A stretch of DNA of 54,063 bases from Planctomycetota bacterium (GCA_038231435.1 JBBRLJ010000036.1:1-54063), one strand, 5' to 3'. Numbered from the stretch's first letter, positions 1 through 10,378 are shown. Notes: generated by a model from the sequence alone, not told the origin. A program made the numbers and translations.

Positions 1-62
1 AAACCGTGCCGCGACAAAGCCGCGTGGGGTAGGCCCGCAGGGCCGTAGGGGCGAAGCCCCTG
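1..62 (-). repeat. Family B structured REP-like repeat, partial copy truncated by the window edge
   Basis: Near-identical to the reverse complement of 51587-51648 and 51810-51871; contains the GTAGGGGCGAAGCCCCT hairpin. Confidence 0.85.
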
Positions 63-65
63 ACT

Positions 66-101
66 AAAAAGACAAGCCCCGGGGAAACCCCGGGGCTTGT
101 C
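66..101 (-). terminator. Intrinsic terminator of the lipoprotein gene
   Basis: Perfect 14-bp stem GACAAGCCCCGGGG/CCCCGGGGCTTGTC (71-101) followed by a U5 tract on the minus strand. Confidence 0.8.
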
Positions 102-133
102 TCGTTTCTTCTGAGCACCACCGTCCACCCAAT

Positions 134-197
134 CCGTTTCTTCCCGGGGGGCAGCGCGTAGCGCGATGTTGGGGGGCCGTAGCCCCCCAACCGACAG
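134..197 (-). repeat. Family A hairpin repeat
   Basis: Core GTTGGGGGGC-TACG-GCCCCCCAAC on the minus strand (168-191); 134-191 matches the reverse complement of 53865-53922 with one mismatch. Confidence 0.9.
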
Positions 198-881
198 CTA
201 CTTCGCGGCGGGAGCGCCGGGAAGATCGAGCGTCGGCTTGGCATCGTCGCCCTTGGCTTCGAGCCAGGTCTTCGAGCCCGAGCCCTCCATGGCGACCAGG
301 CCACCCTTGTCGCTGGCGACGTAGAGCGTCGGAGCGTCCTTGGCGTACCAGGCGGTGCTGGTGTAGTCCTTGCCCTGGACGTTGACGGTGGTCTCGACCT
401 TGTGCGAGGCGAATTCGCCGGCGGTGACGGCCTTCTTCTCGTCGGCTTCGACGACCTTCGGCTTCGGCGCGTCACCCTTGGCTTCGGCAGGCTTCGGCGG
501 CTCGTTGACCTTGATCTCGGTCCACGCCTTGTCGCCCTTGGCGGCGGCATAGGCCTTGGTGATCTTCTTGTCCTTGCCGACCGAGAACAGGTAGCCGTAC
601 GTCATCGTACCGGCGTCCATCCACTGCTCGACCCACGTATTGTCGCCGTCCTTGCCGACGACCTTGATGGTGTTCGCGCTCTTCGAGCCGCTGGCCTCGG
701 TATTGTAGGTCACGAACTGGCCGACCTTGGCGCCATCCAGATTGCCGGTGAACTGGTTGTTCATCGCGGAATCGGGCTTGTACGCGGAAGCGCCGCCGCC
801 CATACCGGGCAAGGTCATGCCGCAGCCGACCGCAGCGATGGCCATGATGACGACCATGCAGATACCGAGAACACGATGCAT
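198..881 (-). CDS. Putative lipoprotein of unknown function
   Basis: Signal peptide ending in lipobox-like IAAVG-C; GC3-biased codons; upstream AGGAG. Confidence 0.8.
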   Translation of the reverse strand: MHRVLGICMVVIMAIAAVGCGMTLPGMGGGASAYKPDSAMNNQFTGNLDGAKVGQFVTYNTEASGSKSANTIKVVGKDGDNTWVEQWMDAGTMTYGYLFSVGKDKKITKAYAAAKGDKAWTEIKVNEPPKPAEAKGDAPKPKVVEADEKKAVTAGEFASHKVETTVNVQGKDYTSTAWYAKDAPTLYVASDKGGLVAMEGSGSKTWLEAKGDDAKPTLDLPGAPAAK

Positions 882-1054
882 GCGCTGACTCCTCAGAGGG
901 TTGTTGGAAGTTGATCGCTAGCCGGCTGGTGAGCCGGCAGCGGGCGGAGACTGTCGAAATCGGCACAGCGGTCAACGGCAATTATGCGGCACCACGTCGC
1001 TCAGCGGAACAATGGCACCACCTGGAACAATTGCGGGTGGACAGCGCCGCCAAC

Positions 1055-4000
1055 TCAATGGACCGTGATGTCATAGATCATGAACCAGAACGCCGGGCGA
1101 TCACGCATGTGGATGCGCACGTGCGCATGTGGCAGAAATCGCAGCGTGAACACCGCCACGTGATCGCCTTCGTGGAACGGACCTGCGTGGGCCAGCACGG
1201 CACCGTCGACATCGCGGACATCGATCGTCAAACCCTCGATGGCGGCGCACGTCACCGTCAGCGTGGTCGCGGCGAATGAGCAACGCAGATCGAATTCGAG
1301 CTCACTGCCTGGCCCGGCGTTGTACTGGACCATCTCGCCGAAGCACGGCCCGGTGGGATCATCGCTGCGCGATAGGGCAGGATAATAGGTGAGTGCGAAG
1401 CCTGCCGGGTACGGCGACATGCCTTCAGGGAGCGGAATCCACTCGGCGCGCAGGCGCGGATACCAGGGCAGGCGCGCCAACCGCGCGAACGCGTCATCCA
1501 GATCCTCCGACCGAGGCACTCCGGCACCGATGGGCAAGGCGTCCCGCCATCGCCAAGCTCGATCGGCGAGGATGATGGCCGCAGCCGCCTCGTCCTCGCG
1601 CATGGCCGCCTCGCACCATCCCTTCGCCAATCCCACCATCGAGTCCGCAGAACGATCGGCCGCGAGCTCGAGCGCGGCGAGTCCGCGCAGAGCGCCATCA
1701 GCGCCACGCGCGAGCATCGGCATAGCCGCGTCCTCATGCCCAGATAGCAGCAGGCTCCGTCCGACATCGCCGAGCGCACGCGCATCGTCCGGCGCCTTCG
1801 TAAGCGTTTCGCGCGCGGCTGCCGCCTTCTCGGCGGCTCGCCGCATGACCAGCCAGCGCGAACGCTCCGCTTCGATGCGCGCTTCGAGACGGGAAGCGTT
1901 GCACGCCCGCGCCCACGCCAGGGCCTGGATCGCCGCTGCTTCGGCCGCCGCGAAATCACCGCTGGTGGCGGCGGACCGGCCCCGCGCGCAGGCCGCCGTC
2001 GCCAGGCGCCAGCGGATCGGCGCGGCGGTCTTGCCCAGCTCGGGATCCGCGTCGCAGACCGCGAGCAGGCGCGCGACCTCCTCCGCCGGGATCGCATCCA
2101 TATCGCAAGCCAGGAACGTCGGCGGATGCTCGGCGAATGCGCCCAGGGATGCGAGCGGATTGTCCTCGCAGGTGATGAGCCGGAGCGACGCGTCGGCCAA
2201 CGGCTCGAGTGACGTGATACGATTGCGATCCAGCCGGATGTTGTCGATATGCAGGCCGCGCAGTGGCTCGAGCGAGGTGATGGCGTTGCCGCAGATGTTC
2301 ACCATTCCCAACTTGGTCCCCTGCAAGCCTTCGAGGCTGGTCAAACCGTTGCGAGCGAAGACCAACCCATTTATGGGCATGCCGCGCAGTGGCTCCAATG
2401 AGGTGATGTGGTTGTCGTCGCAGCGCAGGAAGCCTATCGGCATGCCACGCACCGCTTCGAGCGAGGTCAGTTTCGCGCCTGGACAGTAGAGGCTGCTCAG
2501 GTGCATGCCCGTGAGGGCATCGAGGCTGCGGACGTCGTCCCAGCTGCAATCGAGCATCGACAGCCGCATCCCGCGCAGTGGCTCGAGCGACGTCACCCCC
2601 GTCGAGCCGAAGCTCAGCTGGTCGAGCGGCATGCCGCGCAGGATCTCTATGGATGAGACGTCTGTGCCATCGCACATCAGCGCGTGCAATGGCATGCCCA
2701 CGAGCGGCCCGAGATCCGCGATGGGATTGTCAGGGCAGCGCAAGAGGGTCAGCTGCATGCCGCGCAGCGGCGCCAGCGAGGTGATACGGTTGCGGCCCAC
2801 CGTCAGCTCGGTGAGCGGCGCGCCCGCCAGTGGCTCGAGCGACGCGATGGCGTTGTCGACGCATTGCAGCTGGGTCAAGGGCATGCCGGCGAGCGCCGAT
2901 AGATTGTCGAGTCCGTCGTTGTTGCACGTCAGCGACTCCAGCCGCATGCCGCGCAGCGGCTCAAGTAGATTATGCCCCGAGCCATCGGCGCCGCACGGCA
3001 GCGCGCTGCATTCCAGGCTGATAAGCGGCAGCCCGGCGAGCGGAGAAAGATCCCGCACCTGCGTGTGATCGATCCACAAATGCTTGAGCAGCATCGCGCG
3101 CAGCGGCGAGAGATCGGTGACATCGCTCTGGGTCAGGCGCAGCGAGGCGATCGGCAGACCGGCGAGCGCGGCGAGGTCCAGGCCCTTGGTGGCGGACAGA
3201 TCGACCTGCACGCCGTCCTCGGCCATCTGCACCGCATTCTTCGCCTTCGGATGGAGCTCCGCTACCCGCTGGCTCACCAGCGAGAAGTGGTCGAGGCGCT
3301 CGATGGCGATCCTCGCATGCTCGGCCCCCGCGGCTGCCAGCTGACGCCGGGAGGCATCGGTCGACGAGTCGCGCACGTCCATGAACAGATCGCGGGCGGT
3401 CACCAGATGTCCCGACTGCAGATGCCGCTGAGCCGCGTCGAGCAGGTCCTCCTTGAGCGAGGCGCCGTAGATGAACACGCGCACGTTGTCGAACGCCGCC
3501 TTCGACCAATAGCACGACAACCCGAGCGCTGTCCGCGCGCCGTCCTCGATGGGATGGGGATCGCGCGCCTCGAAGACCTGGCGCCCATCGACGGTCAGTA
3601 CCAGCCGCTCGCCGATCTGCTCGGCGCGGACGTGATAGGTGCCTTGCGTCTTCAACGGCGAAGCCTGTTCCTGCAGCAGCGTCTTGCCGTCACGCATCAG
3701 CCGGTTCTGAGTGTTCTGGTAGCAGCCATACTTGAAGGCGTAGCCGGTATCCGCGTCGAAGATCGGAATGTCGACCGCTGGATCCGGTGGGATGGCGCGC
3801 AGGAAGCAGCTGACATCATCCAGACGCTCACCCCAGATGCGGCAGTCGTACTCGATGGCCACGTCCCCGACCACTGGCTGCTTCAGCACCGCGAAGCTCG
3901 GACGTTCGGAGAGGAAGCGCAGTTCGCCGTCCGCGACGGCGCAATCGGCCCCGATCAGGCGCCAGCGGTCCGCGACACGCGTGTCCGAGAAGTCGTCGGA

Positions 4001-5341
4001 GAACACCAGCTGCCACGAGCGTAGGCTTTCTGCGCGCTGGCGCTCCTCGAGCAGGTGGTTCGCGCTCTCGGCGCGCTGGCGTGCCTGCTGGGCAGAGCGG
4101 AAATCCTCGAGCGCCTTCACCGCCTCGGTGGCCTTGTGGTCGAGCGACAGCATGAATCCGGCGGAACCGACAGCGATGATGACCGCCGCCGCCGCGCCCA
4201 CCGCGTAAGCGGCCGGATCCTTGCGCACGCGCTTGAGCAGGCGCTCGATCCCGCCGATCGGACGCGCCGCGATGGGATCACCTGCGAGCCAGGCATCGAG
4301 GTCGGTGGCGAGCGCGGCCGCCGAGACGTAGCGGCGGTCGGGACGTTTCTCGAGGCACTTCAAGCAGATGGTCTCGAGATCCCTGGGCACGCTCGGAGCC
4401 AGGCGTCGCGGCCACACCGGATCCTCGAGCACCAGGGCCTTCATCACCTGCACTGCGTTCTCGCCGACGAACGGCGGGCGGCGCGTCAGCATCTCGTAGA
4501 GGATCGCGCCCAGGCTGTAGACGTCAGAACGCGGGCCGACCTCATCGAGTCGGCCCTCGGCCTGTTCCGGTGGCATGTACGCCGGCGTGCCCATCACGTC
4601 CCCGCTGCGGCTGAGCCCAGAATCCTGCTCGGTGTCCTTGGCCAGACCGAAGTCCATCACCAGCGGCTCGCCGAAAGCCGAACTGGTTGGGCCCCGCGCG
4701 GACACACCCGACTCTGTCAACGCCACCGACGTCGAAGGCCGGCCGCCGCGGCGCTCGATCATGATGTTCTGCGGCTTGAGATCGCGATGGACCACGCCCT
4801 GCTCGTGCGCGTACTGGACCGCCCGGGCGACCTTGGCGAGCAGCGCAGCCAGATCGCGGTAGCTGATGCCCTCGTGGCGCAGCGCCGCATCGAGCGATTC
4901 GCCCTCGACCAGGTCCATCACCAGATAGTGACGGCCGTCCTCGTGCCCGACGTCGTGCACCGGCACGATGTTGGGATGGCGCAGCCGCGCCGCGTGCAGG
5001 GCCTCGCGACGGAAGCGTTCGACCGATTCAGGGGTGGCCTCGCTGCCCGCGAGCATGACCTTGAGGGCTACATGGCGATCGAGGCGCGTGTCGATCGCCT
5101 CCCAGACCGCGCCCATCCCGCCGCGTCCGATGATCGCGAGCAGGTGGTAGGGGCCGAGAGTGCGCTGGCGCTTGGGGCCAAAACGATCGGTTCCGTGCCC
5201 GGGCACGGGAGTGGCGGGTTCGGCGGGAGCTGGATCGATGCCGCGCTGGCGCTGGATCGTCAGGGCCTCGCCAGCGCTCGACGGCGCGCGCTCGGGCAGC
5301 GGCAGGGTATCGTCGGAAGCGGTGGTATCGGGATCGGACAT
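1055..5341 (-). CDS. Membrane Hanks-type Ser/Thr kinase with lectin-like domain, LRRs and helical C-terminal region
   Basis: GRGGMG, VALK, HRDLKPQN, DFG and GTPAYMPPEQ motifs; TM segment; many 22-aa LEPLRGMxL repeats; start placed at MSDPDT (ORF extends to 5419). Confidence 0.9.
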   Translation of the reverse strand: MSDPDTTASDDTLPLPERAPSSAGEALTIQRQRGIDPAPAEPATPVPGHGTDRFGPKRQRTLGPYHLLAIIGRGGMGAVWEAIDTRLDRHVALKVMLAGSEATPESVERFRREALHAARLRHPNIVPVHDVGHEDGRHYLVMDLVEGESLDAALRHEGISYRDLAALLAKVARAVQYAHEQGVVHRDLKPQNIMIERRGGRPSTSVALTESGVSARGPTSSAFGEPLVMDFGLAKDTEQDSGLSRSGDVMGTPAYMPPEQAEGRLDEVGPRSDVYSLGAILYEMLTRRPPFVGENAVQVMKALVLEDPVWPRRLAPSVPRDLETICLKCLEKRPDRRYVSAAALATDLDAWLAGDPIAARPIGGIERLLKRVRKDPAAYAVGAAAAVIIAVGSAGFMLSLDHKATEAVKALEDFRSAQQARQRAESANHLLEERQRAESLRSWQLVFSDDFSDTRVADRWRLIGADCAVADGELRFLSERPSFAVLKQPVVGDVAIEYDCRIWGERLDDVSCFLRAIPPDPAVDIPIFDADTGYAFKYGCYQNTQNRLMRDGKTLLQEQASPLKTQGTYHVRAEQIGERLVLTVDGRQVFEARDPHPIEDGARTALGLSCYWSKAAFDNVRVFIYGASLKEDLLDAAQRHLQSGHLVTARDLFMDVRDSSTDASRRQLAAAGAEHARIAIERLDHFSLVSQRVAELHPKAKNAVQMAEDGVQVDLSATKGLDLAALAGLPIASLRLTQSDVTDLSPLRAMLLKHLWIDHTQVRDLSPLAGLPLISLECSALPCGADGSGHNLLEPLRGMRLESLTCNNDGLDNLSALAGMPLTQLQCVDNAIASLEPLAGAPLTELTVGRNRITSLAPLRGMQLTLLRCPDNPIADLGPLVGMPLHALMCDGTDVSSIEILRGMPLDQLSFGSTGVTSLEPLRGMRLSMLDCSWDDVRSLDALTGMHLSSLYCPGAKLTSLEAVRGMPIGFLRCDDNHITSLEPLRGMPINGLVFARNGLTSLEGLQGTKLGMVNICGNAITSLEPLRGLHIDNIRLDRNRITSLEPLADASLRLITCEDNPLASLGAFAEHPPTFLACDMDAIPAEEVARLLAVCDADPELGKTAAPIRWRLATAACARGRSAATSGDFAAAEAAAIQALAWARACNASRLEARIEAERSRWLVMRRAAEKAAAARETLTKAPDDARALGDVGRSLLLSGHEDAAMPMLARGADGALRGLAALELAADRSADSMVGLAKGWCEAAMREDEAAAAIILADRAWRWRDALPIGAGVPRSEDLDDAFARLARLPWYPRLRAEWIPLPEGMSPYPAGFALTYYPALSRSDDPTGPCFGEMVQYNAGPGSELEFDLRCSFAATTLTVTCAAIEGLTIDVRDVDGAVLAHAGPFHEGDHVAVFTLRFLPHAHVRIHMRDRPAFWFMIYDITVH

Positions 5342-5442
5342 GCGGCTGCGTGATAGTGGATACCTCGCATCCGCCCCATGGGCAACCCGCTGAGGGCCCC
5401 GCCGATCCGCAAGCGCCATGGAGCGCCCTAGGCCGTAGGAGG

Positions 5443-6732
5443 CTACGGCGGAGGATCCAGGCCGAGCATCCGCCGCACCGCGCCCTCGGCGACCGCGTCG
5501 CCGGGATGCTCGCGCAAGTAGGCCAGTACCTGGTGCTGCAGCTTGTTCGCGACCCGCTCGAGTCCGTAGCGCAGGTCGCCGCGCTGGGCCACCACTCCGA
5601 GCTTGGCCGCCAGGCGCGCCTCCTCGGCAGCGACGATGTCGGCAAAGTAGCGCGAGACATGCGCGAACAGCGCGTCCTGGTCCGGTCGCTCCTCGGCCAG
5701 GTAGCCGGCGACGCTCGACTCGACCACCGCCTCGGCCGCGGCGAACTCTTCTACACGTAGCTGGCGGTTAGATGCGACCACCGACTCGAGGTGATCGATG
5801 TTGTACAGGTAGACGTCGGCGATCTGCGCGACCTTCGGATCGATGTCGCGAGGCACGGCGAGGTCGATGAACAGCAGCGGACGGCGCCGGCGCTTGAGCG
5901 CGGCGCGCACGTCGGCCTCGCTGACGACGTGGTGCGGGGCAGCGGTCGAGGACACCACGATGTCGTGCGTGGCGAGCGCCTCGGCGAGCTCCGACCACGG
6001 GAACACGTGCGCGCTTTCGGCGATCGCCAGCGCCCGCTCCTGGTTGCGGTTGACGATGCCCAGGTGGCGCACGCCGTGTTCGAGCAGGTAGCGCACCGCG
6101 AGCTCGGCCACCTCGCCGGCGCCGAGCACCAGCAGGCGCGCCGCGCCCAGATCGCCGTGAACGTGGCGGGCGAGATCGACCGCCACCGAGGCGACGCTGA
6201 GCTTGTGCTTGCCGATGTCGGTGTCGGAACGTACCTCCTTGCCCACCGACAACGCGCGCTGGAACAGCGGATTCAGCGCCGACCCGGCCAGGCGCTGAGC
6301 GCGCGAGCGCTCGTACGCATCCTTGACCTGGCGGACGATCTGGTCCTCGCCCAGCACTAGGCTCTCGAGCCCGCCGACCACGCGGAACAGATGCCGCACG
6401 CACGACGGGCCCGCATGCCAATACGAGTGCGCCTCGACCAGCGCCGGATCCAAGCCCTGGAAATCAGCCACCGCGGCGGCGACGCGGGCGCGCTCGACGC
6501 TGCCGCCGACATAGCATTCGAGACGGTTGCAGGTGCTCAGCACCACCGATTCGCCAACTCCCGGCACCGACACCAGCGCGCGCGCCAGGCCCACCGCGGC
6601 GTCGGCGTCCACCGCGAGCCGCTCGCGGATCTCGACCGGCGTGCGGTGGTGGTCGACCCCCCAGGCGGCGATCTGCCAGCCGCCCGCACCGCTGGCGCCA
6701 CCAGCAACCGACGCGGCTGCCGGCTCAGCCAT
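5443..6732 (-). CDS. hemA: Glutamyl-tRNA reductase
   Basis: LSTCNRLE catalytic motif, GEDQIVRQVK, GAGEVA NADPH motif, DLAVPRDID. Confidence 0.95.
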   Translation of the reverse strand: MAEPAAASVAGGASGAGGWQIAAWGVDHHRTPVEIRERLAVDADAAVGLARALVSVPGVGESVVLSTCNRLECYVGGSVERARVAAAVADFQGLDPALVEAHSYWHAGPSCVRHLFRVVGGLESLVLGEDQIVRQVKDAYERSRAQRLAGSALNPLFQRALSVGKEVRSDTDIGKHKLSVASVAVDLARHVHGDLGAARLLVLGAGEVAELAVRYLLEHGVRHLGIVNRNQERALAIAESAHVFPWSELAEALATHDIVVSSTAAPHHVVSEADVRAALKRRRRPLLFIDLAVPRDIDPKVAQIADVYLYNIDHLESVVASNRQLRVEEFAAAEAVVESSVAGYLAEERPDQDALFAHVSRYFADIVAAEEARLAAKLGVVAQRGDLRYGLERVANKLQHQVLAYLREHPGDAVAEGAVRRMLGLDPPP

Positions 6733-7513
6733 GTGCGGTCACCAGCAGACTGAGCAGGCTGGAGGCGCCGAGGGCCATGCAGCCGATGGTGGCGATCGCG
6801 AAGCCACGCCGCGACAGGCGTTGCGCGGCGTGCACCGCCAGCACCAGCACCATGATGCCCAGGCTGACCAGCGCGATCAGCGTGGTGGGGTGAGCCAGGC
6901 TGAATCCGTGGGCGTGTTCCATCGCCGCTCCGCCGGTGGCCACCCCGCCCATCAGCAGCGCGGTCGCGACGATCAGCGAGCGCTCGGTGAGGCGTTCGAG
7001 GGTCGGCAGCTCGGGCAGCTTCAGCGCGCGCACGCTGGCCGAACGCAACTGGCGCGCGGCGATCACATACAGTCCCGCGGTGGCGCCCGCGACCAGGACC
7101 GCCGCCAGGTACGCGGCCATGAATCCGCCATGGACGATGCCGATGGCTCCGCCACCTTCCGCATGGAGCTGTTCCCCTCCGGCCTGCGAGGTCATCGCCA
7201 CGAGCAATGCCATGCAGCCGACCGGAAGCGCGAGCAGGCCGCGGCTCGGCCCGGCAATGTAGCGCGTGGCGAACAGCAGCGAGGCCACGCCGGCCCACAC
7301 GCCGAGAATGGCGTACAGCAGATCGCGATCGAGCGGACGGATGCAGAATGCGATCACCAGGCCGGCGGTGTGCGCCGCGAATCCGAGCCACAGGGCCGGC
7401 AGGCGCGACTGCGCGATCTCGCCCGACCTGCCAATCAGCCGCCAGCGCTGGACGGCGGCGGCGCAATAGCCGATGCCGGCGCAGGCGACGAGGATGACGG
7501 CGAGCTGGTGCAC
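6725..7513 (-). CDS. CcsA-like cytochrome c assembly / heme-handling membrane protein
   Basis: About 8 TM segments, conserved His residues, LPxLxxLE motif; overlaps the hemA start as in common ccsA-hemA pairs. Confidence 0.75.
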   Translation of the reverse strand: MHQLAVILVACAGIGYCAAAVQRWRLIGRSGEIAQSRLPALWLGFAAHTAGLVIAFCIRPLDRDLLYAILGVWAGVASLLFATRYIAGPSRGLLALPVGCMALLVAMTSQAGGEQLHAEGGGAIGIVHGGFMAAYLAAVLVAGATAGLYVIAARQLRSASVRALKLPELPTLERLTERSLIVATALLMGGVATGGAAMEHAHGFSLAHPTTLIALVSLGIMVLVLAVHAAQRLSRRGFAIATIGCMALGASSLLSLLVTAHG

Positions 7514-7581
7514 CGCCGTAGGCTAGGCGCGATGGCGGGGGCGCAATCGCGCCCCCGCCATCGCAAAGCCAGAATGGACGT

Positions 7582-9549
7582 TCAGACGGCCAGGACGGGT
7601 GTCGGCGGGCCTTGCCGGACGGACTTCTTCGTCAGGAGCGATACCACGATCAGCACCACGAAGCCCAGCGGGATGGTCACGATGCCGGGCTGGCTGAAGG
7701 GCACGAGCGGCGTGCTGGTCGAATGGTAGACGCCTTTGTAGGTATCGGCGCTGAGCAGGATCCACGTCAGCGAGGTCACCATGCCCACGATGATCGCCCA
7801 GGTGATGCCCTGCTTGGTCGTGCCCTTCCAGAACAGCAGCATGATCAGGGACGGCAGATTGGCCGAGGCGGCAATAGAGAACGCCCACCCGACCAGGAAG
7901 GTCGGATTCAGCGCCTCGAAGAGCACGCCCAGCACCATCGCCACCACGCCGACGAACACCGCGACAATCTTGCCGTAGAGCACCTTGCGGTGGTCGTCGA
8001 TCTGCATCTTCATGAAGCCGGTCATCAGGTCGTGCACGATCGCGCCGCTCGCGGCCATGATCAGGCCACTGACCGTGCCGAGGATGGTGGTGAAGGCGAT
8101 CGCCGAGATCAGCGCGAAGAACAGGTTGCCGAAGCTGTGCGCGAGCAGCGGCGCCGCCATGTTCCCCTTCGGATCGGTGAGGTCGAGCACGCCGCTGGTC
8201 ATCGCGCCGAGCCCGATGATCAGCGTGAGCACATAGAAGAACCCGATGGCGGCGATGCCGACCACGGTGCTCTTGCGCGCCGCCGCCTGGTCCTTCACCG
8301 TGTAGTAGCGGATGAGGATGTGCGGCAGGGACGCGGTGCCGGCGAACAGCGCGAGCAGCAGCGAGAAGAAGTCGAGCTTCTTGACCGTTCCGACCTCCAT
8401 GTTTCGGTACGGCCCGTCGCCGCCGATGGTCTTGTGGGTGGGATCGTCGAGGCCTTTGAACATGCCCATGCCGGGCTGCATGATCTTGGCGCCCGAGACC
8501 TGCTTCTGGAAATAGACGGTGGTCTTGGCGCCCGGCGTACCCGCGGCGTCCTCGACGATGTCCTCGGATCCCCAGGCAACCACCGTGCTGTCCTGCATCG
8601 CGGTGAGGAAACCGGCTGGCGACAGCGAGCCGGTCTCGCTGACGCCTCCCGGCAGTGCCGAGACGTTGCCCACCGGCCGCAGCAGGTCCTTCGGCTTCTG
8701 GTTCGCACTGAGTTCGACGCCATTGACGGTGGTCTTGCCGCCAGCGACGGTGACCGTCTGCGTCTCGAAGAGCCGGCCGCCATCGAGGCGCCAGACGCGC
8801 ACGATGCCCTGTTCGTCGCGCACGCGCACGTACGGCTTGCCCTTCCATGCCCCCTCCTCGGGCACCAGATCCGAGGCGCCCACCTGGTCGGCGGGGATCG
8901 AGACGAAGGGTTTGAACGGACGATCCTCGGCTCCGGGCGGGGTCACCGACAGGCCGCGATGGAGGATCATCCCCGCGAGCACGGTGCACAGCAGCACCAG
9001 TAGCGAACCCTTGATGAACTGCACCCAGGTGGTCGAGACCATGCCGGCGGTGACGACGATGGCGATGACCACCACGCCGACGGTCATCACGCCGTAGACG
9101 TGATCCCAATGCAGGAGCGCCTTCATCACCGCGCCCGCGCCCACCATCTGCGGAATCAGGTAGAAGACGCTGACCACCAGCGTGCTCACCGCGGCGGCGA
9201 CCTTGATGCCGCGCGAATCGAACTTCGCATCCAGCGCATCCGCGAAGGTGAATCGCCCGAGGCGCTTGATCGGCTCGGCGACCACGAACAGCGCGACCAC
9301 CCAGCCGGCGAGATAGCCGATCGAATAGAGGAAGCCGTCATAGCCAGCCAGGGCGATCATGCCGCAGATGCCGAGGAAGCTCGCCGCCGAGAGGTAATCC
9401 CCGGCGAAGGCGATGCCATTGACGAACCACGGGATCTGCCCGTGGGCGGCGTAATAACCCTTGGCATCGCGCGCCTTGCGCCCGAGCCAGAAGCTCAGGC
9501 CGAGCACGAGGCCGACGAAGAGCAGGAAGATGACCAGGGCGGCGTTCAT
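7582..9549 (-). CDS. actP: Cation/acetate symporter (SSS family)
   Basis: NGIAFAGDYLSAASFLG and GTASLPHILIRYYTV motifs; start overlaps the upstream DUF485 stop (ATGA). Confidence 0.85.
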   Translation of the reverse strand: MNAALVIFLLFVGLVLGLSFWLGRKARDAKGYYAAHGQIPWFVNGIAFAGDYLSAASFLGICGMIALAGYDGFLYSIGYLAGWVVALFVVAEPIKRLGRFTFADALDAKFDSRGIKVAAAVSTLVVSVFYLIPQMVGAGAVMKALLHWDHVYGVMTVGVVVIAIVVTAGMVSTTWVQFIKGSLLVLLCTVLAGMILHRGLSVTPPGAEDRPFKPFVSIPADQVGASDLVPEEGAWKGKPYVRVRDEQGIVRVWRLDGGRLFETQTVTVAGGKTTVNGVELSANQKPKDLLRPVGNVSALPGGVSETGSLSPAGFLTAMQDSTVVAWGSEDIVEDAAGTPGAKTTVYFQKQVSGAKIMQPGMGMFKGLDDPTHKTIGGDGPYRNMEVGTVKKLDFFSLLLALFAGTASLPHILIRYYTVKDQAAARKSTVVGIAAIGFFYVLTLIIGLGAMTSGVLDLTDPKGNMAAPLLAHSFGNLFFALISAIAFTTILGTVSGLIMAASGAIVHDLMTGFMKMQIDDHRKVLYGKIVAVFVGVVAMVLGVLFEALNPTFLVGWAFSIAASANLPSLIMLLFWKGTTKQGITWAIIVGMVTSLTWILLSADTYKGVYHSTSTPLVPFSQPGIVTIPLGFVVLIVVSLLTKKSVRQGPPTPVLAV

Positions 9550-9809
9550 GGCGCGCTCCGGCGCCAGCACATCAGCAGGTAGATGGTGGCCAAGAGCAGC
9601 GGTGACACGATCAGGGTCATCCCGTACCAGATCGCGACGTTCACCCCGCCGAAGGGCCGCTTCGACATCTGTTCGGGATGGAACGCGGCCAGGCACGCGA
9701 AGCCGGCGTAGAGGGCCATGTACAGGAGGAACAGCACCAACCCGATCCGGGCGCTGCGCCGCGCATCGGCCTCGTCGGCCTGCGCATCAGTCTTGATGGC
9801 ATCGGACAT
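9546..9809 (-). CDS. DUF485 (YjcH-like) small membrane protein
   Basis: 87 aa with two TM segments, directly upstream of actP; GGAG SD. Confidence 0.8.
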   Translation of the reverse strand: MSDAIKTDAQADEADARRSARIGLVLFLLYMALYAGFACLAAFHPEQMSKRPFGGVNVAIWYGMTLIVSPLLLATIYLLMCWRRSAP

Positions 9810-9867
9810 CGCATCTCTCCGCGGTGGAGATGATCTGTTATCGCCGAAGGCCGGCTGCGCAAACTCT

Positions 9868-9938
9868 CAGTTGGGCTGCGTCCCCCCGACAACGCCCTTC
9901 CCCTACCGACCGGGGCTTCACGCCGGCCTGCCCCGGGA
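9868..9938 (+). repeat. Degenerate family A-like repeat
   Basis: CAGTTGGGCTGCGTCCCCCCGAC ... CCGGCCTGCCCC resembles the family A core and tail. Confidence 0.35.
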
Positions 9939-9973
9939 GCCATGGAGCATGGCGGATAGGTAAAGGATGATCC

Positions 9974-10378
9974 CTACCCTTTTTTCCTGAACAGGTCTTT
10001 GAAGACGTCGCCGAGAGTGTGGTGCTTGAGGTCGGTGAATTCGCCGGCATCGAGGAACACACCGGAGCAGTTCTGGCACTTCTCGAACCAGATGTGCGGC
10101 TGACGGGGATCGGAAAGCTTGACCAGACGCGTCTTGCAGACCGGGCAGTCGATGTCGCGCTTGGCGTCCAGGTCGGCATGGAACTCCTTGCCGATGCCGC
10201 CGGCGGCGCCGACGTCGATCGCCTCTGACCCCTTGCGGTTCTTGAGCGCGACATGCTCCTGCAGATCGAACCAGATCCCCTTGCAGAAGGTGCAGCGGTC
10301 GACCTCGATGCCCTCGAAGCCCACCTTCTCCATCGGCTTCGCGCATTTCGGACACGTCAGCTTCGCGGGAGTGGTCAT
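9974..10378 (-). CDS. Tandem zf-TFIIB zinc-ribbon protein
   Basis: CPKC..CTFCKGIWFD and CPVC..CQNCSGVFLDAGE repeats. Confidence 0.85.
   Translation of the reverse strand: MTTPAKLTCPKCAKPMEKVGFEGIEVDRCTFCKGIWFDLQEHVALKNRKGSEAIDVGAAGGIGKEFHADLDAKRDIDCPVCKTRLVKLSDPRQPHIWFEKCQNCSGVFLDAGEFTDLKHHTLGDVFKDLFRKKG

Noticed and set aside
986..1034. Short direct repeats GGCACCAC and GGAACAAT, and a TGGCAC resembling a sigma54 -24 box
   Set aside because: GG-to-GC spacing does not fit -24/-12, and the repeats are too short to call a binding site
2180..3200. Recurring ~66-bp DNA periodicity (GGCTCGAGCGA)
   Set aside because: Explained by the 22-aa LRR coding repeats of the kinase; not CRISPR
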